From NCBI GenBank assembly GCA_051362555.1, contig CM120647.1, positions 17,770,651 to 17,834,650 of the forward strand: a stretch of 64,000 nucleotides of DNA, read 5' to 3'. Positions 37,175 through 48,861 of the stretch are shown here, piece after piece. This stretch comes from Lingula anatina. Its lineage: Eukaryota; Animalia; Brachiopoda. The notes under the pieces are model-generated. The model worked only from the letters and a program-made list of their open reading frames with translations. It searched no databases and was not told the origin of the DNA. How positions within the stretch are numbered: position 1 is the stretch's first letter; each line of letters opens with the position of its first letter. The position numbers and the translations under genes were made by a program.

Positions 37175-40100
37175 CAGCGACGACGGCGACGGCGACGACA
37201 GACGCAGATGATGGCTATATGTACAGACACATCTGTGTCTGTACATAAAAAATACACCAAATGTTCTAGAATAGATTGAGAACCGTAAGTGAACGTTAAA
37301 TGAGACAAATTTTCTTAGAGGCTTTCTCCACGTTAAACCCCTCCCCTTCACCTAAAAAATTTTCAAGTAACACATTTCACAAAAATCACATTATTTCGGC
37401 TGAAAGAACTCATAAACCAGTGGCTTCACGAAAAATTGTTATAACTGAAGAAACGTGAAAGGCTCAGACTATGACCCAACTGTGCCTGTACATAACGAAG
37501 AGAGCTTATTGAGAAACATTTACCACTTTCTGAGAACTATTTACCACTATCTGAGCACAACTTTATACTACCTGAGAAATATAAATATTTACTACTATCT
37601 GAGAAATACACACATTTACCATTATCTGAGAACCATTTATACTTACCACTATCTCCTTTGAGGTGGCTTGTCTCGGGACTGAGATTGTCCTGTACAGACG
37701 TTTCTTCATTGAGCAGTTGCCATCAAACACTTTGATCACTTCTGTAACAAACAAGGAAAAATTGCTTATTTTGCTGTGAAGTTTGCATTAAGGACCTATT
37801 TCTCCCCAAAGGATGTGTCAAGTTCACATGGTAGTGAAACTCTACTGGGCAGGTCCATTATTATGAAGTTCAGAGTAAAACCCAAATCAATTCACACATT
37901 ATTTTAAACACTCGTGTCTGCTTGTCAGGTCAATTGAAACAATCACTTGTATCATTACTAAAACAATATTTGTTATCATTTCTATTATCATTGATTATTA
38001 TAATCTTTATCACTTTCTATAAGGCCTTAAAAAATGATCATATTCTTCTTATTATTATTATTCTTTAAGAGATATTTAAGTCATTATTCTTCAAAATAAA
38101 AAAATACCCAGTAACAGTTTAAAAATATATATGATTATGAGATATTTATGCCCTTATTCTTCGAGATAAAAATATCCAATAACAGATAAAACAAAATGGG
38201 ATAGAACCTCCACCTTCATCCCTCTCTTTGGGTTCTTTTTCTTTGGGTGACCTCCTCTCCTCCTCCTCTCCCTTAGAGTCTCCGCTAGATGACCACTCTT
38301 CTGACACGGTACGCTTTGGGACTTCAATGGCTTTCTTGGTGATCCCTATAATGGTCTCCATACTGACATCCATTCTAGGAATAGTGAGACAGCTGGGGGG
38401 AAGCAGGATGTCCTTCAGGATGCCAAAGTTGCACTCCTTAGGGAGCTGTTGATAGCACTGGGCATGGGCCTGGAATGTATTGCAATTTTAAAAACTTGTC
38501 TTCAAAAAAAAAAAAAAAAAAAAAAATTTCGGCATATGTCGAATGTACAGTTTTCCCCATGTAAAAAAATCGCGAGAGAAGCTACTCACCGTCATCCCGC
38601 ACCACTCACACCTCATCCCCGTGAGACACTCTGAGGACCAGCAAGTCTTCTTACACAGCAAACACTTGGAGTTGCCTGGTAGATTACCCTCCCTCCAGTG
38701 GTGGTACTGTATGACAGCCATCTAGAATAGTCACAGTTATTATTTTATTTTTTTTAATTTCCTGGATCTGCCCAGTAAAACTGACTATGTTCTGTCTTGT
38801 TATTATACTTGATGTGAGTCTGCCCACCAAAAAAAGTTTTTTATCAATGCCAAAGAGGTTCTGTTTTCACCTCCATTCATCTGTAAGTTGGTCTGTTTGT
38901 TTGTTTGTTTGTTGGTCCGCTTGTTTGTTTGTCCACTTGTTTGTTTGTCCACTTGTTTGTCACCAGCCTAACTCAAGAAGTCATGGATGGACTTTGTTGA
39001 AACTCTAAAGATAGGTCTGAAACGGGCTCACCTTAAAATGAATACACCTGATGGTGATCAGTGACAATTTACCACCTGGACTTGAGACTTTTTTAACAAT
39101 TCTTCCCTCTTGTAAGATGGGGCCAATATCTTTGACCGTGTGCAATGAATGTCCCCTCAACTATCACAATTAGTCAGAGTCCTTGATACTTTATTTACCG
39201 TTACTATATTTACTAATACTGTATTTACTGTTACTGTACTTACTGTTACTGTATTTACTGTTACTGTACTTACTGTTACTGTATTTACTGTTGCTGTACT
39301 TACTGTTACTGTATTTACTGTACTTACTGTATCTTGGTGTGGTACATAAGTTGCACACTCTTTACAGTCACTGACAACAAAGTCCTGACACTCCATGTGC
39401 ACATAATATTCACAGACTTGAAAAGTGAAGGAGGAAATATTTTCAGAAACATTTCAAATAAGACTGTATTTATTACAGCTACATACTTTAACGAGAGAAG
39501 GGATGCATCAATCTTGTGCATTCATCCCAAACTTTTATTCTAAAAATGTAATTCATTGTGCTGTACACTAACAAATATATTCTCTATTACTATACAAAAC
39601 TGTATTGTGTCCAAACAGCAAAAGAAAAAAAAAAAAAAAAAAACCAAACCCAAATCAAATCTTTGAGAAAAACTGATTAAAGAGACAAAAAATTTCATTT
39701 TTTTTTTAGCAAAATAAATCCTCAGCTTATGACAGAAATTTCACAAGACAACTCAAGGCCAGATAATTATTCAACAACAATTGTGACTCACAGACAAAAT
39801 TATATCGGAGAAACTACAGATTTGTTTTAATTTCCCACCAGGTGGAGTTCATGTCAGTGACCTACTTTCACAGCGGCTTGCCCAGCCATCTTCCAATCTC
39901 TTGCGGCAAACATTACAGAATTTCCGCTTGAAATGTCCCGGCTCGGACCAGCAGTGCGCCACGGGATTCTGTAACGCATGTTAGATGGAAAAATACAACA
40001 AGGTCAACATAAATGTTATGCACAGGTCAACACACGTTATGCGTAGGTCAACATACATGTTATACAAAGGTCAACTTATGCATATGTAGGTCAACACACT

Positions 40101-42798
40101 CATATTCCACACACGGTTCTGTAATGCAAGGTAGACTGTAAAATACAATAATTTCAACACAAGTTCTATACAGATCAACATAACATGTTGCAGACAGTGT
40201 CTAACAATTAATATAGTTCAAATACCAATAAAACAGAAGCTTTACACACAGGTCAACTGTTTGTAATGTTAATGTTAACATTCTAAGAAAGTCAATATAC
40301 TGATCATACAAGAGTTAATATATATGTCACATAAACAAAACACTGATCAACATATTGTCATACACAGATAAACAAATGTGTTACATTCAGGTCAACACTT
40401 TCTATCCACAGGTCATTTTTTTTATTCAATTAGGTCAATACTGTCTATGCATGGGTCAACAAATTTGTTATTATATTCAGGTCAACACTTTCCAGTGTCA
40501 GGTCAACAAATCTATTATATATTCAGGTCTATGCTCCCTATGCAAATGTGCATAACTATATATGCAGAAATATACTATAAATACTATACTCTCTGTTGAG
40601 AGCAAATCACCACATTTAATACACAAAAATTAACTAGGTTTACATTTAACTGAAGTTAACAAACAACTTAACTTGTTATGGATAGTTAAAGTATTTGTAA
40701 TACATGCTATGTGGATTAACATTGCTGGCATCAATACTGCTGTGCACACTAAACACTGTTGTTAGTACAACTACACAACTGTATTAAATGCAGAAATATA
40801 TATCACAATTTCCCCCATTCCATTATGTTATCACATAATTTAAAAGTTTTCAATTACTTTACTTTTCATCTGGCACCTTGACAAAACCAAAGAACATTGA
40901 CTTTGCTTTTCATACTTTGACATACTTAATTTTAATTCATGGTCAAGATCTCTAAAGAAACCGAGAAAAACTATGCTCATATGAGGGCCCATTAGACCAG
41001 AGCCCTATTTTACAAAAAGGTCTAAGTTCTTGGACTTAATAAAGACTGCTAACTTAGGCTAGTCAACTAAGCAAACTGACTGTGTGAGAGAGCTCTGTTA
41101 ACGCCAACCCGCCCACTCTCCACGTATTAGACAATTAATGTAATGACTCTATCTTTTCAATGGGAAAAATTGCACATTTTACAGATACAGTATTTTTTTT
41201 ACATAATAAATTCTTAAAATCAAAACATTCCTATTGAGCCAAAGCAACAAAACTGAGGCGCAGACTACCTTATACTAGTAATTCAGTTCTCTGCAAAAGC
41301 AACACAAATACTATACAGTAACAGGTTTTTTACAGATAAAAGTCACATATCTAAAAGATTGATATTTTTTGTCCATTGAAAAGATCCCAAGTCATTACCA
41401 TACAAAAGTGCCAATTTTGACCAAAATTTGGTCCTAAGTTTTCTACTGCAGACAGACCCTATAGGACCCATAAGTACCCACATCCCTAAATTAGAGAGTG
41501 CTGTTACCTTGATAAGGTTGGTGGCTATACTTGTACAAGGGGAGACCACGGTCTTCAGACAGCGGTCGTGAACCACAAAGTTACAAACTGGAAAAGCAAT
41601 GAAATAGGCTTCAATTTATGAAATATGATTTCAAACAACAACAAAAAAAATGTAATTTATTGTAACAGTAGTCAGGTAGCAACAGAGGACCTCAAAGTTA
41701 CAATCTGGAAATACAATTAAATAAGTGTCAAATTATATAATATAAATTAAAACAAAAACCAACAAACAAAAAAATGTAACTCGTAACTGGAAATACAATG
41801 ATATTCGTGTCAGTTTATGAAATATAATTTTAAAATAAAAACAAAAAAAAAAAAATTGTAACATCACTCATGTTGCAACAACTGTAGCAACAAAGATTTA
41901 CAAACTGGAAAATAATACAATAACATTAGTGTCAGTTTACGAATGCAATAAAAAACACATCAAGTTTTATCAGTTGTGACAGCACAAAGGTACCCACAAA
42001 GAGCACAAAGTTTTAAACTGGAAATACAACAAGATAAGCCTCAGTTTAGGAAATGAAACTTTCAAATAATGCATCAAATTTCACTTGTTGTGATAGAACT
42101 CAGATAACGATCAAAGACCACAAAGTTTTAAACTGGAAATACAATAAGACAAACATCAGCTTATGAAATATAATTTTAAACCAAAAACCAAAATTGTAAT
42201 TCGTTGTGACAGCACTCAGGTAGCAACAGAGGACCACAAAGTTTTAAACTGGAAATACAATAAGACAAACATCAGCTTATGAAATATAATTTTAAACCAA
42301 AAACCAAAATTGTAATTCGTTGTGACAGCACTCAGGTAGTAACAGAGGACCACAAGTTTTAAACTGGAAATACAATAAGATGAGCATCATTTTAGGAAAT
42401 AAAACTTTCAAATAATCCATCAAATTTCCCTTGTTGTTCCAAAACTTAGACAACATTCAAGGACCACAAAGTTACAAACCGAAAACACATCAGTTTATGA
42501 AATGTGACTTTTTAAATTGCATCAAACTTTACTTGTTATGAGAGAACTCAATTCAACACAAAGGAACACAATGATACAAAACAGCACTGAATACCAATTC
42601 ATCATGACCTAAAACAAGGGAAAGGACTGAATCAACTGAAAATAGTCAATACAACACTTTTCACATAAAAAATTTTACATATTAAAGACTTATTTAGTTG
42701 TGATACTACTAATAATGATATTGCAAAACATCCACATATTATTAGTATATATGCATGCACACTCACACACACACACACACTCACAAACACACAAACAA

Positions 42799-42831
<33 letters not shown>

Positions 42832-42881
42832 ATAAAGTTATGATTAAGTATGCATTATTTTGATCTATGTACTAGTAATTA

Positions 42882-42931
<50 letters not shown>

Positions 42932-45900
42932 TCTGCATTCTGTTCTTTGAATGGACCACTGTGCAGATTTACAAAATGCCTGATATATGAAGAAAACAAT
43001 TAAGTCATGATTTAAACTTGAAAATCTAAATATGCTTCTCAGTATTTTCTTATAGCCACTACTTAAGTAGTCCGGAAGATGACAAATACATGTACTGTGT
43101 GGCTGTTGTTTGAGAAATTAATAACTGCACTGGCAGAAAAGTGCATACTGCTTATAAAAAATCTGGCAAATAATAATAACTTTACAGGTGCTAACATTTG
43201 GCATTTCAGGTTTATGCATATAGCAAAGTGACATCTCCATATAGCTCCACATAGCCTGGAGACAGCTCCACACAGCCTGGAGACAGCTCCACACAGCCTG
43301 GAGACAGCTCCACACAGCCTGGAGACAGCTCCACACAGCCTGGAGACAGCTCCACACAGCCTGCAGACAGCTCCACACAGCCTGGAGACAGCTCCACACA
43401 GCCTGGCATCTCTTTATATATATAAATGGCAGTGTAAACAGCAGAGAAGTGCGTGGGCAGGCCATAATTAGAAGCAGTATCAGAGCCCCAGCCTTATAAA
43501 TGGCAACAATCAATACTTGAGCCGCTTGTCTTGTGCACATTTTAATCCATACAAAGCAGTGCAGATAATTCCGCATGCTATGGCACTGCTTATACCTTAA
43601 AATACTGCTGTGCCACTTTGGCTTTATATATTATGGAGGCTGGGAGAAATGGCGGGTTTGTAGGTGGGTGGGGGCTGGTTAAAATGTGGGGATTGAAGGG
43701 GGTGGGGTGGAGGTAATTCTCCATGCTTAAGAACCAGTTACACCTTAAAAAGAGCACCGTGTCACTTTTGTTTTATATTATGGAGGTTGATATGATGAGA
43801 GGGTGGGTGGGTGAGGGGATGGTTATATGATGGGGATTAAGGTGGTGGGGGTAGAAAATTTTCACACTCCTTCACCAGCTATGCCTTAATGTAGTGCTGT
43901 GTCAGTTTAGCTTTATATTATGGAGCTAGGTTGGTAGTAGTGAGAGTAGAAATAGAGGTATTTCTGCATCCTGTTAAGTTATAGATTTAAAATATTGATG
44001 TCCTACTTATACTATAATATCATTGAGGTCAGGGGCGGGGGGGGGGGGGGGCGGGGGGCATAGGTTGGAGTGGGGGGGAGAACTATAAAGGGGATGAAAC
44101 ATCGCAGATATGTGACACTTCACTCATTTCATACATATCCCTTCTATCAGAAGACAATTCAGTACTTGAATGAAAATGAAATTATCAAATGTGAAATTTT
44201 TTTTTTCCTGGTGATATTCTACCCCAGCTCACTTGTTATTAGTAAGGCCACTGAGCCATTTCTTCTCCAGTTTTCTTTTTCTTACAAACTAAAATCATAT
44301 CTGGATTTAATGTGTGTATGTATGCATGCCACTGTGCATATGTGTGTGTGTGTGTGTGTGAGTGTGCTGCAGTGCACATTTCTGAACGACCATGCATATT
44401 CTTATAGGGCTTGAAATAATGCAGAAAATTGCGTGTGAATGAATGCATAACATGTGTTTGTGTATGTATGTATGTATGCATGCATGTGTGTGTGTGTGTG
44501 TATGTGCGCGCATACGCGGTGTTTTTTTTCTATTGGTATGACATGTTTCATGGAATATAAAACATGCAAAGTGTCCACCAGTTTTACAGATTTATTGCTG
44601 GCCCAATGGACTGTAACGAGATAAGACCATAACAAGACAGTGACAAGCTTTCTCCTCCATGACCACAAGTTGCTGCAAGAAAAACAAGCCCTGGGGCGGG
44701 ACACCTGGTCTGGTAGAAGCTGGCCTGAGGACCGGACTAGGGGTCAGAAATAATCAAGTCTGGGTAATAAAAGAACTGGGGGTTGGGTTTTAGATAATTC
44801 AGTGTGATGGTTTCCTTGTTTTGGGTTAGTAATTAGTGAGCCTTGTAACCTACAAACGGATAAAAATCATGACTGTCCACAAAACAAAATTTAAAATTGA
44901 TAACAAAATATGAATGAACACCGTACAAAATATTGCATGAAAAATGAAAACAAACATTAACGACCACATTTTGATAACTGTGACATGCTTAAAAATTATG
45001 GCTGACCACAGAAAAATACAACAGGATACAGTTTGCTCTGAGACAGGGGAAAATAACTGCCTATGCACTAAGAAAGTCTCCATCTTCGAAAATGGTCTGA
45101 TTAAACATTTTGCAATAAAAGCTCCCACAGCCCCTCCCCAAACTAGGTTAGTTAACCCTGGGATCACTAGATGGCACTAGAACTCAACACCAGCAAAAAC
45201 TTGCAACATCTAACATATCTTCTAAGAGAAATTACTAGTAAAGTTGTGTCAAATTATCTGCATTATGGCAGTCTAATGGCTCGTTCCCATTGACATTATC
45301 GGTCTACCTAGATCGATCCAACTCTGCGGTGACTCCTGCTGAAAGCGATCAGTTCAACAGCTTTACACGCCTCCTCCTGGAGTTGAGTAGAATAGAGAGA
45401 AGCTGGTGATTATAAGACCCCATTTCCAGACATTAGATCGATCTACTTTAGATCGACCGTCACCTAACTCCCTGGGGGTTCACGCTAAATAGCTGTCAGC
45501 CGAGCGGACACGAAAGTTAATTACCCCCTTACAGCTTGTAGTAGTCGGGACGGACATTTAAGCCGGATTATCTGACAGTAATCTAGTGAGACTCCCCGCG
45601 GGGATAGATCGATCTAAAAGCTCTGGGAATACAGCCTAATAGTGCTTTAAAACAAGAGGAGGCTTGTCAAACAGTTGATTGCACTTAGTGAGAGTCCCTG
45701 CAGAGCTGGATTGATGTACATAGACCAATGGGTTTTTTAAGAATGAGCCCTAAGGCTAGTGGCATTCTACTGTCAAGAGTTTTCCAGTGCCTTAACCCAG
45801 ACCAAAGGGACTTGCTTTCTTCCTCTGAGTCCACTTCTTAGAAATTCCAGAAAAATTCCCCCTGCAGACCTATTTGAAAGCACCAAGAGGATGAACCCTG

Positions 45901-46146
45901 TTATTATTTATCAGGTGAAATGATTGGTACATCTCTAAAGAGATGAAATGGGGAGGTTCAGTATTTTTCTATGAACCAGTAGGGAAATGGGCAAAATTCA
46001 TAATATCTTTCACTTCTCTTTGTCCACAAGGACAATTTTAATAGGAACTACAAGGCCCCAGGGATGAGATAATGACTGGGTATAGTCTCGTAGATTAAAG
46101 AGAACATCCCCAAAGCTAGGTGGGATGGTGGGGTGTGGTCCTCTGG

Positions 46147-46178
<32 letters not shown>

Positions 46179-46752
46179 ACCACTAGACCTGCTACTATAT
46201 AAAATGCTGTAGGAATTTTAGGTCCGGATCATTAAAGTTCAAGTGGTTTAAAGTAAGTTCAAAATATGGGCTGCTTTTGAGTTACTTTCTTACATTGGTG
46301 CTGAAATAATATGAATCATTCAGATTTCTATGTATATATTAGTACTAATTTATTAATCTAGTTTTATAGGGAAGTGTTGATGGATCTATATCAAGATTCA
46401 TTTATTATTAGTAGTAGCAGTCACACTCCAACAGCCACATCTCTTTAATCTTATTTATTCATTTTATTAATTTATACATTACTTCTTTCATTTCTATATT
46501 ACCTATCTTAATACTGCATGGTATTCTGTTTGGTTGGATTGTACATTTTCACAAATATTTAATATCTTTTTTTATTTACTAAAAAGACAAAATTGTGGTC
46601 TGCAGAGTGCAATAGGTCACCTTGTAACTGCAACTAAATATAGTACAGCTAATATTTCTTTCAGGGAAGTATAGTCACCTGTCCAAGGAAGAGCTGCCAC
46701 TGTATCTGATATAACCTAGTTCTACATATAGATATATGCTTGAAAATGGCCA

Positions 46753-46798
<46 letters not shown>

Positions 46799-47612
46799 AT
46801 GCGTACGTGCGTGTGTCTGTGGGTGTGGGGGAGGAGGGTCAAGTATTCTTATTAACCAACAACACATTATGACATAATTACTTCTCTCTCATTCCATCTC
46901 TTGTTCCCAGTCTTTCTTTCCTCTCTCTCTCTCTCTCTGGACACACACTTTTTTTTGTCATAAGTACTTTAACAAAGCAACAGAAACAAAGTATACACTT
47001 TACAGTTTCAGTTATTCTGCTTATGATCTTGTCCTATAGGTCACAAAAGATCTTTTAATGAAGTCAAGATGACATGGAGCACTATACAGACTTACTGTAC
47101 ATATATAACAGGAAGGATCATATAATTATAAGAAAACTATGTTAATCAGGCTATGGATATCTTCTATCTTATAACTACAAATCCCTCAAATTAAACTAAC
47201 CTAGTGTCAGTATTTCTTTCTGAAATGTACACGAGGATATAGCATTCTAAATGCCAAGCCAGTCATTCAGAACTGTGTTATCTGAATTTCATTAGAAATG
47301 AATGATATAAAACACTGGATTTTAGTAGGAGAAAAGAATTTTTTTTTCTAGGAAAATTTAACTTGGCCAAAAAATCCCTGATAGGATATCCTTTACAGCG
47401 TGAGAGAGTGAAATGATGAAGTGGTTAGAAGAGAAGTGCAATCAAGTGGCAGGTGCTCAGTTCTATTTCTACCTTTAGTATTACTTCATCCTTTGATATT
47501 TCATATTAAAAATTGTGGCAAAGAAAAACAACAGCAAATGCATGTGAAATTGGTTCATCTTGTTTCATCTGTAGTTGCTGTAAGTGTGACCTTGTTTTGC
47601 CTCTAACCTCCC

Positions 47613-47664
<52 letters not shown>

Positions 47665-48590
47665 ACATTTTCTCCCAATTCTGTTCCTTTTTTTTAATCT
47701 TATCACTTCGACTTCGTGCTGGTTCAATGACAGCATGCAATCAATACATGGAGACAAGTACTGACTATGCAGGAACTTTAGATCAACCTAAAACATAATT
47801 TTTGTTCATGTTAAGCAAAAAATACAGGTGAAGCAATGTTCATATTAATATCAGCTGATACCAAAGGAAAAGTAACATTCCATAAAATTTGTTTGTGATA
47901 AAGATTAATAAGAGAAAGGTGGTGAGTAATGCAGTTAATTGTAACAAAAAAATTACTACTGGTCACATTCATATATAAACTACCACTGCCAAATGGACAC
48001 AGCAAAACCTAAAGTAAATAGGATAAAGCATTACATCTTACAATCATGGTAAAATATGAAATAGTTTGTGTTGAAGATGACCTGATATGAAAAAAAGAAA
48101 AACAACACAATATAACAGAGTCGCCGGCAAAATGTTGCACAATCAGTTGTCGATGACCTGTGCATAAAATTCCCTACAATAACAAACAGTTCGCATACAT
48201 GTACATAATCATAACGTCAACAATAACATGTAAACAAACGGCTCAGAAGATTCAGAACCCCTTCTCAATAAACCATATTACACATTACACACTCTACATG
48301 TGACAGCCATCAATGCGGGCGCCACGGAAGGCCGTGCACTTTTTTCATCTGTCCACATATTCCGGGGAAACCTGGTTAAATTCAATGTCATTAGATTTGA
48401 GATGTAATATCAGCTCACCTTCACAAATATAGCCCTGTCCGATAAGACCCCATAGCATGTCCGTACAGTGGTGGCAATATGTGGGCTTGTGAAACGTCTT
48501 CTTCACGAAAAAATGTCCATGGCCTGGGTCAAATTGACCTTCACAAACCGTTCCCGGCGGTGGACCACCATTTTCATTTTCCGCCGCCAT
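17630..48590 (-). CDS. DGKQ: Diacylglycerol kinase theta (type V DGK), 20 coding exons, about 941 aa
   Basis: Exons (-): 48590-48419, 41587-41508, 39968-39866, 39416-39328, 38721-38590, 38469-38214, 37741-37647, 24766-24694, 24284-24140, 23893-23803, 23371-23107, 22402-22245, 21635-21484, 21107-20959, 20673-20565, 20028-19825, 19325-19164, 18612-18447, 18101-18003, 17755-17630 (2826 nt, in frame). Three C1 domains ([17 protein letters not shown]; HCWSE..CNVC; [14 protein letters not shown]), RA-like domains, an RRM-like module, catalytic motifs [22 protein letters not shown] and PLGTGNDL, and accessory motifs MNNYFGIG and PVQVDGEPW. Confidence 0.96.
18136..18261. mobile_element. hAT-type MITE
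   Basis: CAGGGCTTTTCCC ... GGGAAAAATCCTCG ends with an exact 8-bp TSD ATTACATG (18128-18135 and 18262-18269). Confidence 0.8.
20272..20615 (-). repeat. 68-bp tandem repeat x5 containing the DGK exon 15 3' end and donor
   Basis: CTTACCTGTCTAAC recurs at 20288, 20356, 20424, 20492 and 20560. Confidence 0.95.
21588..21935 (-). repeat. 140-bp tandem duplication of the DGK exon 13 acceptor (two good copies, one degenerate)
   Basis: 21588-21646 is identical to 21728-21786; a decayed third copy starts near 21868. Confidence 0.9.
23461..23802. repeat. 54-bp minisatellite (about 6 copies) abutting the DGK exon 10 donor
   Basis: CCAGTTTCT recurs at 23521, 23575, 23629, 23683, 23737 and 23791. Confidence 0.95.
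24101..24139. repeat. (CA)n microsatellite beginning at the GT donor of DGK exon 9
   Basis: On - strand AAG|GTGTGTGT... Confidence 0.9.
25641..25823 (-). mobile_element. Short HINE family 2 (CCGCCAAGG subTIR type), internally deleted
   Basis: ACTAG end, GCACTCCGAGAGTGC hairpin, CTCTGCCAAGG/CCTTGGCAGAG subterminal inverted repeats; homologous to 56511-56759. Confidence 0.8.
28441..28675 (-). mobile_element. Short HINE family 2
   Basis: Same structure, and same relative position in the host element, as 25641-25823. Confidence 0.8.
28723..28776. repeat. (TA)n microsatellite
   Basis: Direct reading; a shorter version is in the paralogous segment near 25873. Confidence 0.95.
30414..30822 (-). 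mobile_element. 5'-truncated non-LTR retrotransposon 3' end (L1/Tx1-like)
   Basis: On - strand AATAAA runs straight into about 30 A, with a short ORF end [14 protein letters not shown] upstream; it interrupts a HINE internal unit. Confidence 0.6.
31997..34836 (-). mobile_element. HINE family 1, inner nested copy with a duplicated terminal segment (extra end at about 33540-33613)
   Basis: Inserted in the A-run of a 161-bp satellite unit (GCTGAAAAAAGT|...), which resumes as CAGCATAACTTCCC at 34837. Confidence 0.8.
36180..37140. repeat. 161-bp satellite array (about 6 units) internal to the HINE
   Basis: GAACTTGAC recurs at 36402, 36563, 36725, 36886 and 37047; related arrays at about 34260-34735 and 34837-35460. 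Confidence 0.92.
37510..37654 (-). repeat. 21/27-bp degenerate repeat seeded on the DGK exon 7 donor
   Basis: TTACCACTATCT variants repeated; the first copy is the true GATAGTG|GTAAGT junction. Confidence 0.85.
38840..39173 (+). mobile_element. Degenerate HINE-like element with (GTTT)n
   Basis: GCCAAAGAGGTTCTGTTTTCACC start, GTTT microsatellite and AACTCAAGAAG..ATGGA core resemble 56511-56759; boundaries approximate. Confidence 0.55.
39190..39330 (-). repeat. 15/30-bp repeat seeded on the DGK exon 4 donor
   Basis: ACAGTAAGTACAGTA / ACAGTAAATACAGTA units on the - strand. Confidence 0.92.
41572..42500 (-). repeat. About 116-bp degenerate tandem array containing the DGK exon 2 acceptor
   Basis: CCACAAAGTT(A/T)..AAACTGGAAA recurs about 8 times (for example 42118, 42234, 42350); the first copy is the true junction. 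Confidence 0.85.
42884..42928. repeat. (CT)n microsatellite
   Basis: Direct reading. Confidence 0.95.
43241..43407. repeat. 21-bp minisatellite x8 (ACAGCTCCACACAGCCTGGAG)
   Basis: Near-perfect tandem units in DGK intron 1. Confidence 0.95.
45277..45750. mobile_element. PIF/Harbinger-type MITE with a related MITE (45416-45636) nested inside
   Basis: About 100-bp imperfect inverted arms with TAA flanks; the inner element is also TAA-flanked and has GATCGATCTA subterminal motifs. Confidence 0.65.
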
Positions 48591-48861
48591 ATTGAATTTT
48601 CAAGGAAATTTTTTCGGGCTCCTAGTCCTACCAGTTCCGACTGGGGCGCCGGCTGTCACCGCATCGGGACGGTCGGAGGAAGACTCCCAGACCTCCGCTC
48701 AGCTCCTAAACCAATTGTGTCTGGGTTTTTAGCAAGAGTCTGAAATACGCCATGATGAATTTGATCATTTCTGTAGCACTCGGCCATATATACCACGGAA
48801 ATGAAGAATCGAAATTGAGGCTCTTCAGCGCCATCTGTTGGCTGTGAAAAGGTCATGTGAC
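48580..48861 (-). promoter_or_regulatory. DGK-theta CpG-rich promoter / 5' UTR
   Basis: CTCF-like CAGCCAACAGATGGCGCTG (48826-48844), M-box GTCATGTGAC (48852-48861), TATA-like TATATA near 48790, and a YY1-like AATATGGCGGC overlapping the ATG. Confidence 0.55.

Larger units (their letters stand above)
25070..37252 (-). mobile_element. Non-autonomous Helentron-like (HINE/DINE-1-type) element, outer copy of a triple nest
   Basis: One end has the hairpin TATGTACAGACACA-TC-TGTGTCTGTACATA, a (GGCGAC)n microsatellite and 161-bp satellite units. The other end has ACAAGGCAGCAAAGCTGTC (short hairpin) plus the subterminal repeat ATGTACAGACA. Both ends sit in A/T runs with no TSD. Confidence 0.8.

Noticed and set aside
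43118-43576. Repetitive ORFs (QAVWSCL)n and (PGCVELS)n
   Set aside because: By-product of a stop-free 21-bp minisatellite; no convincing splice sites linking it to DGK.
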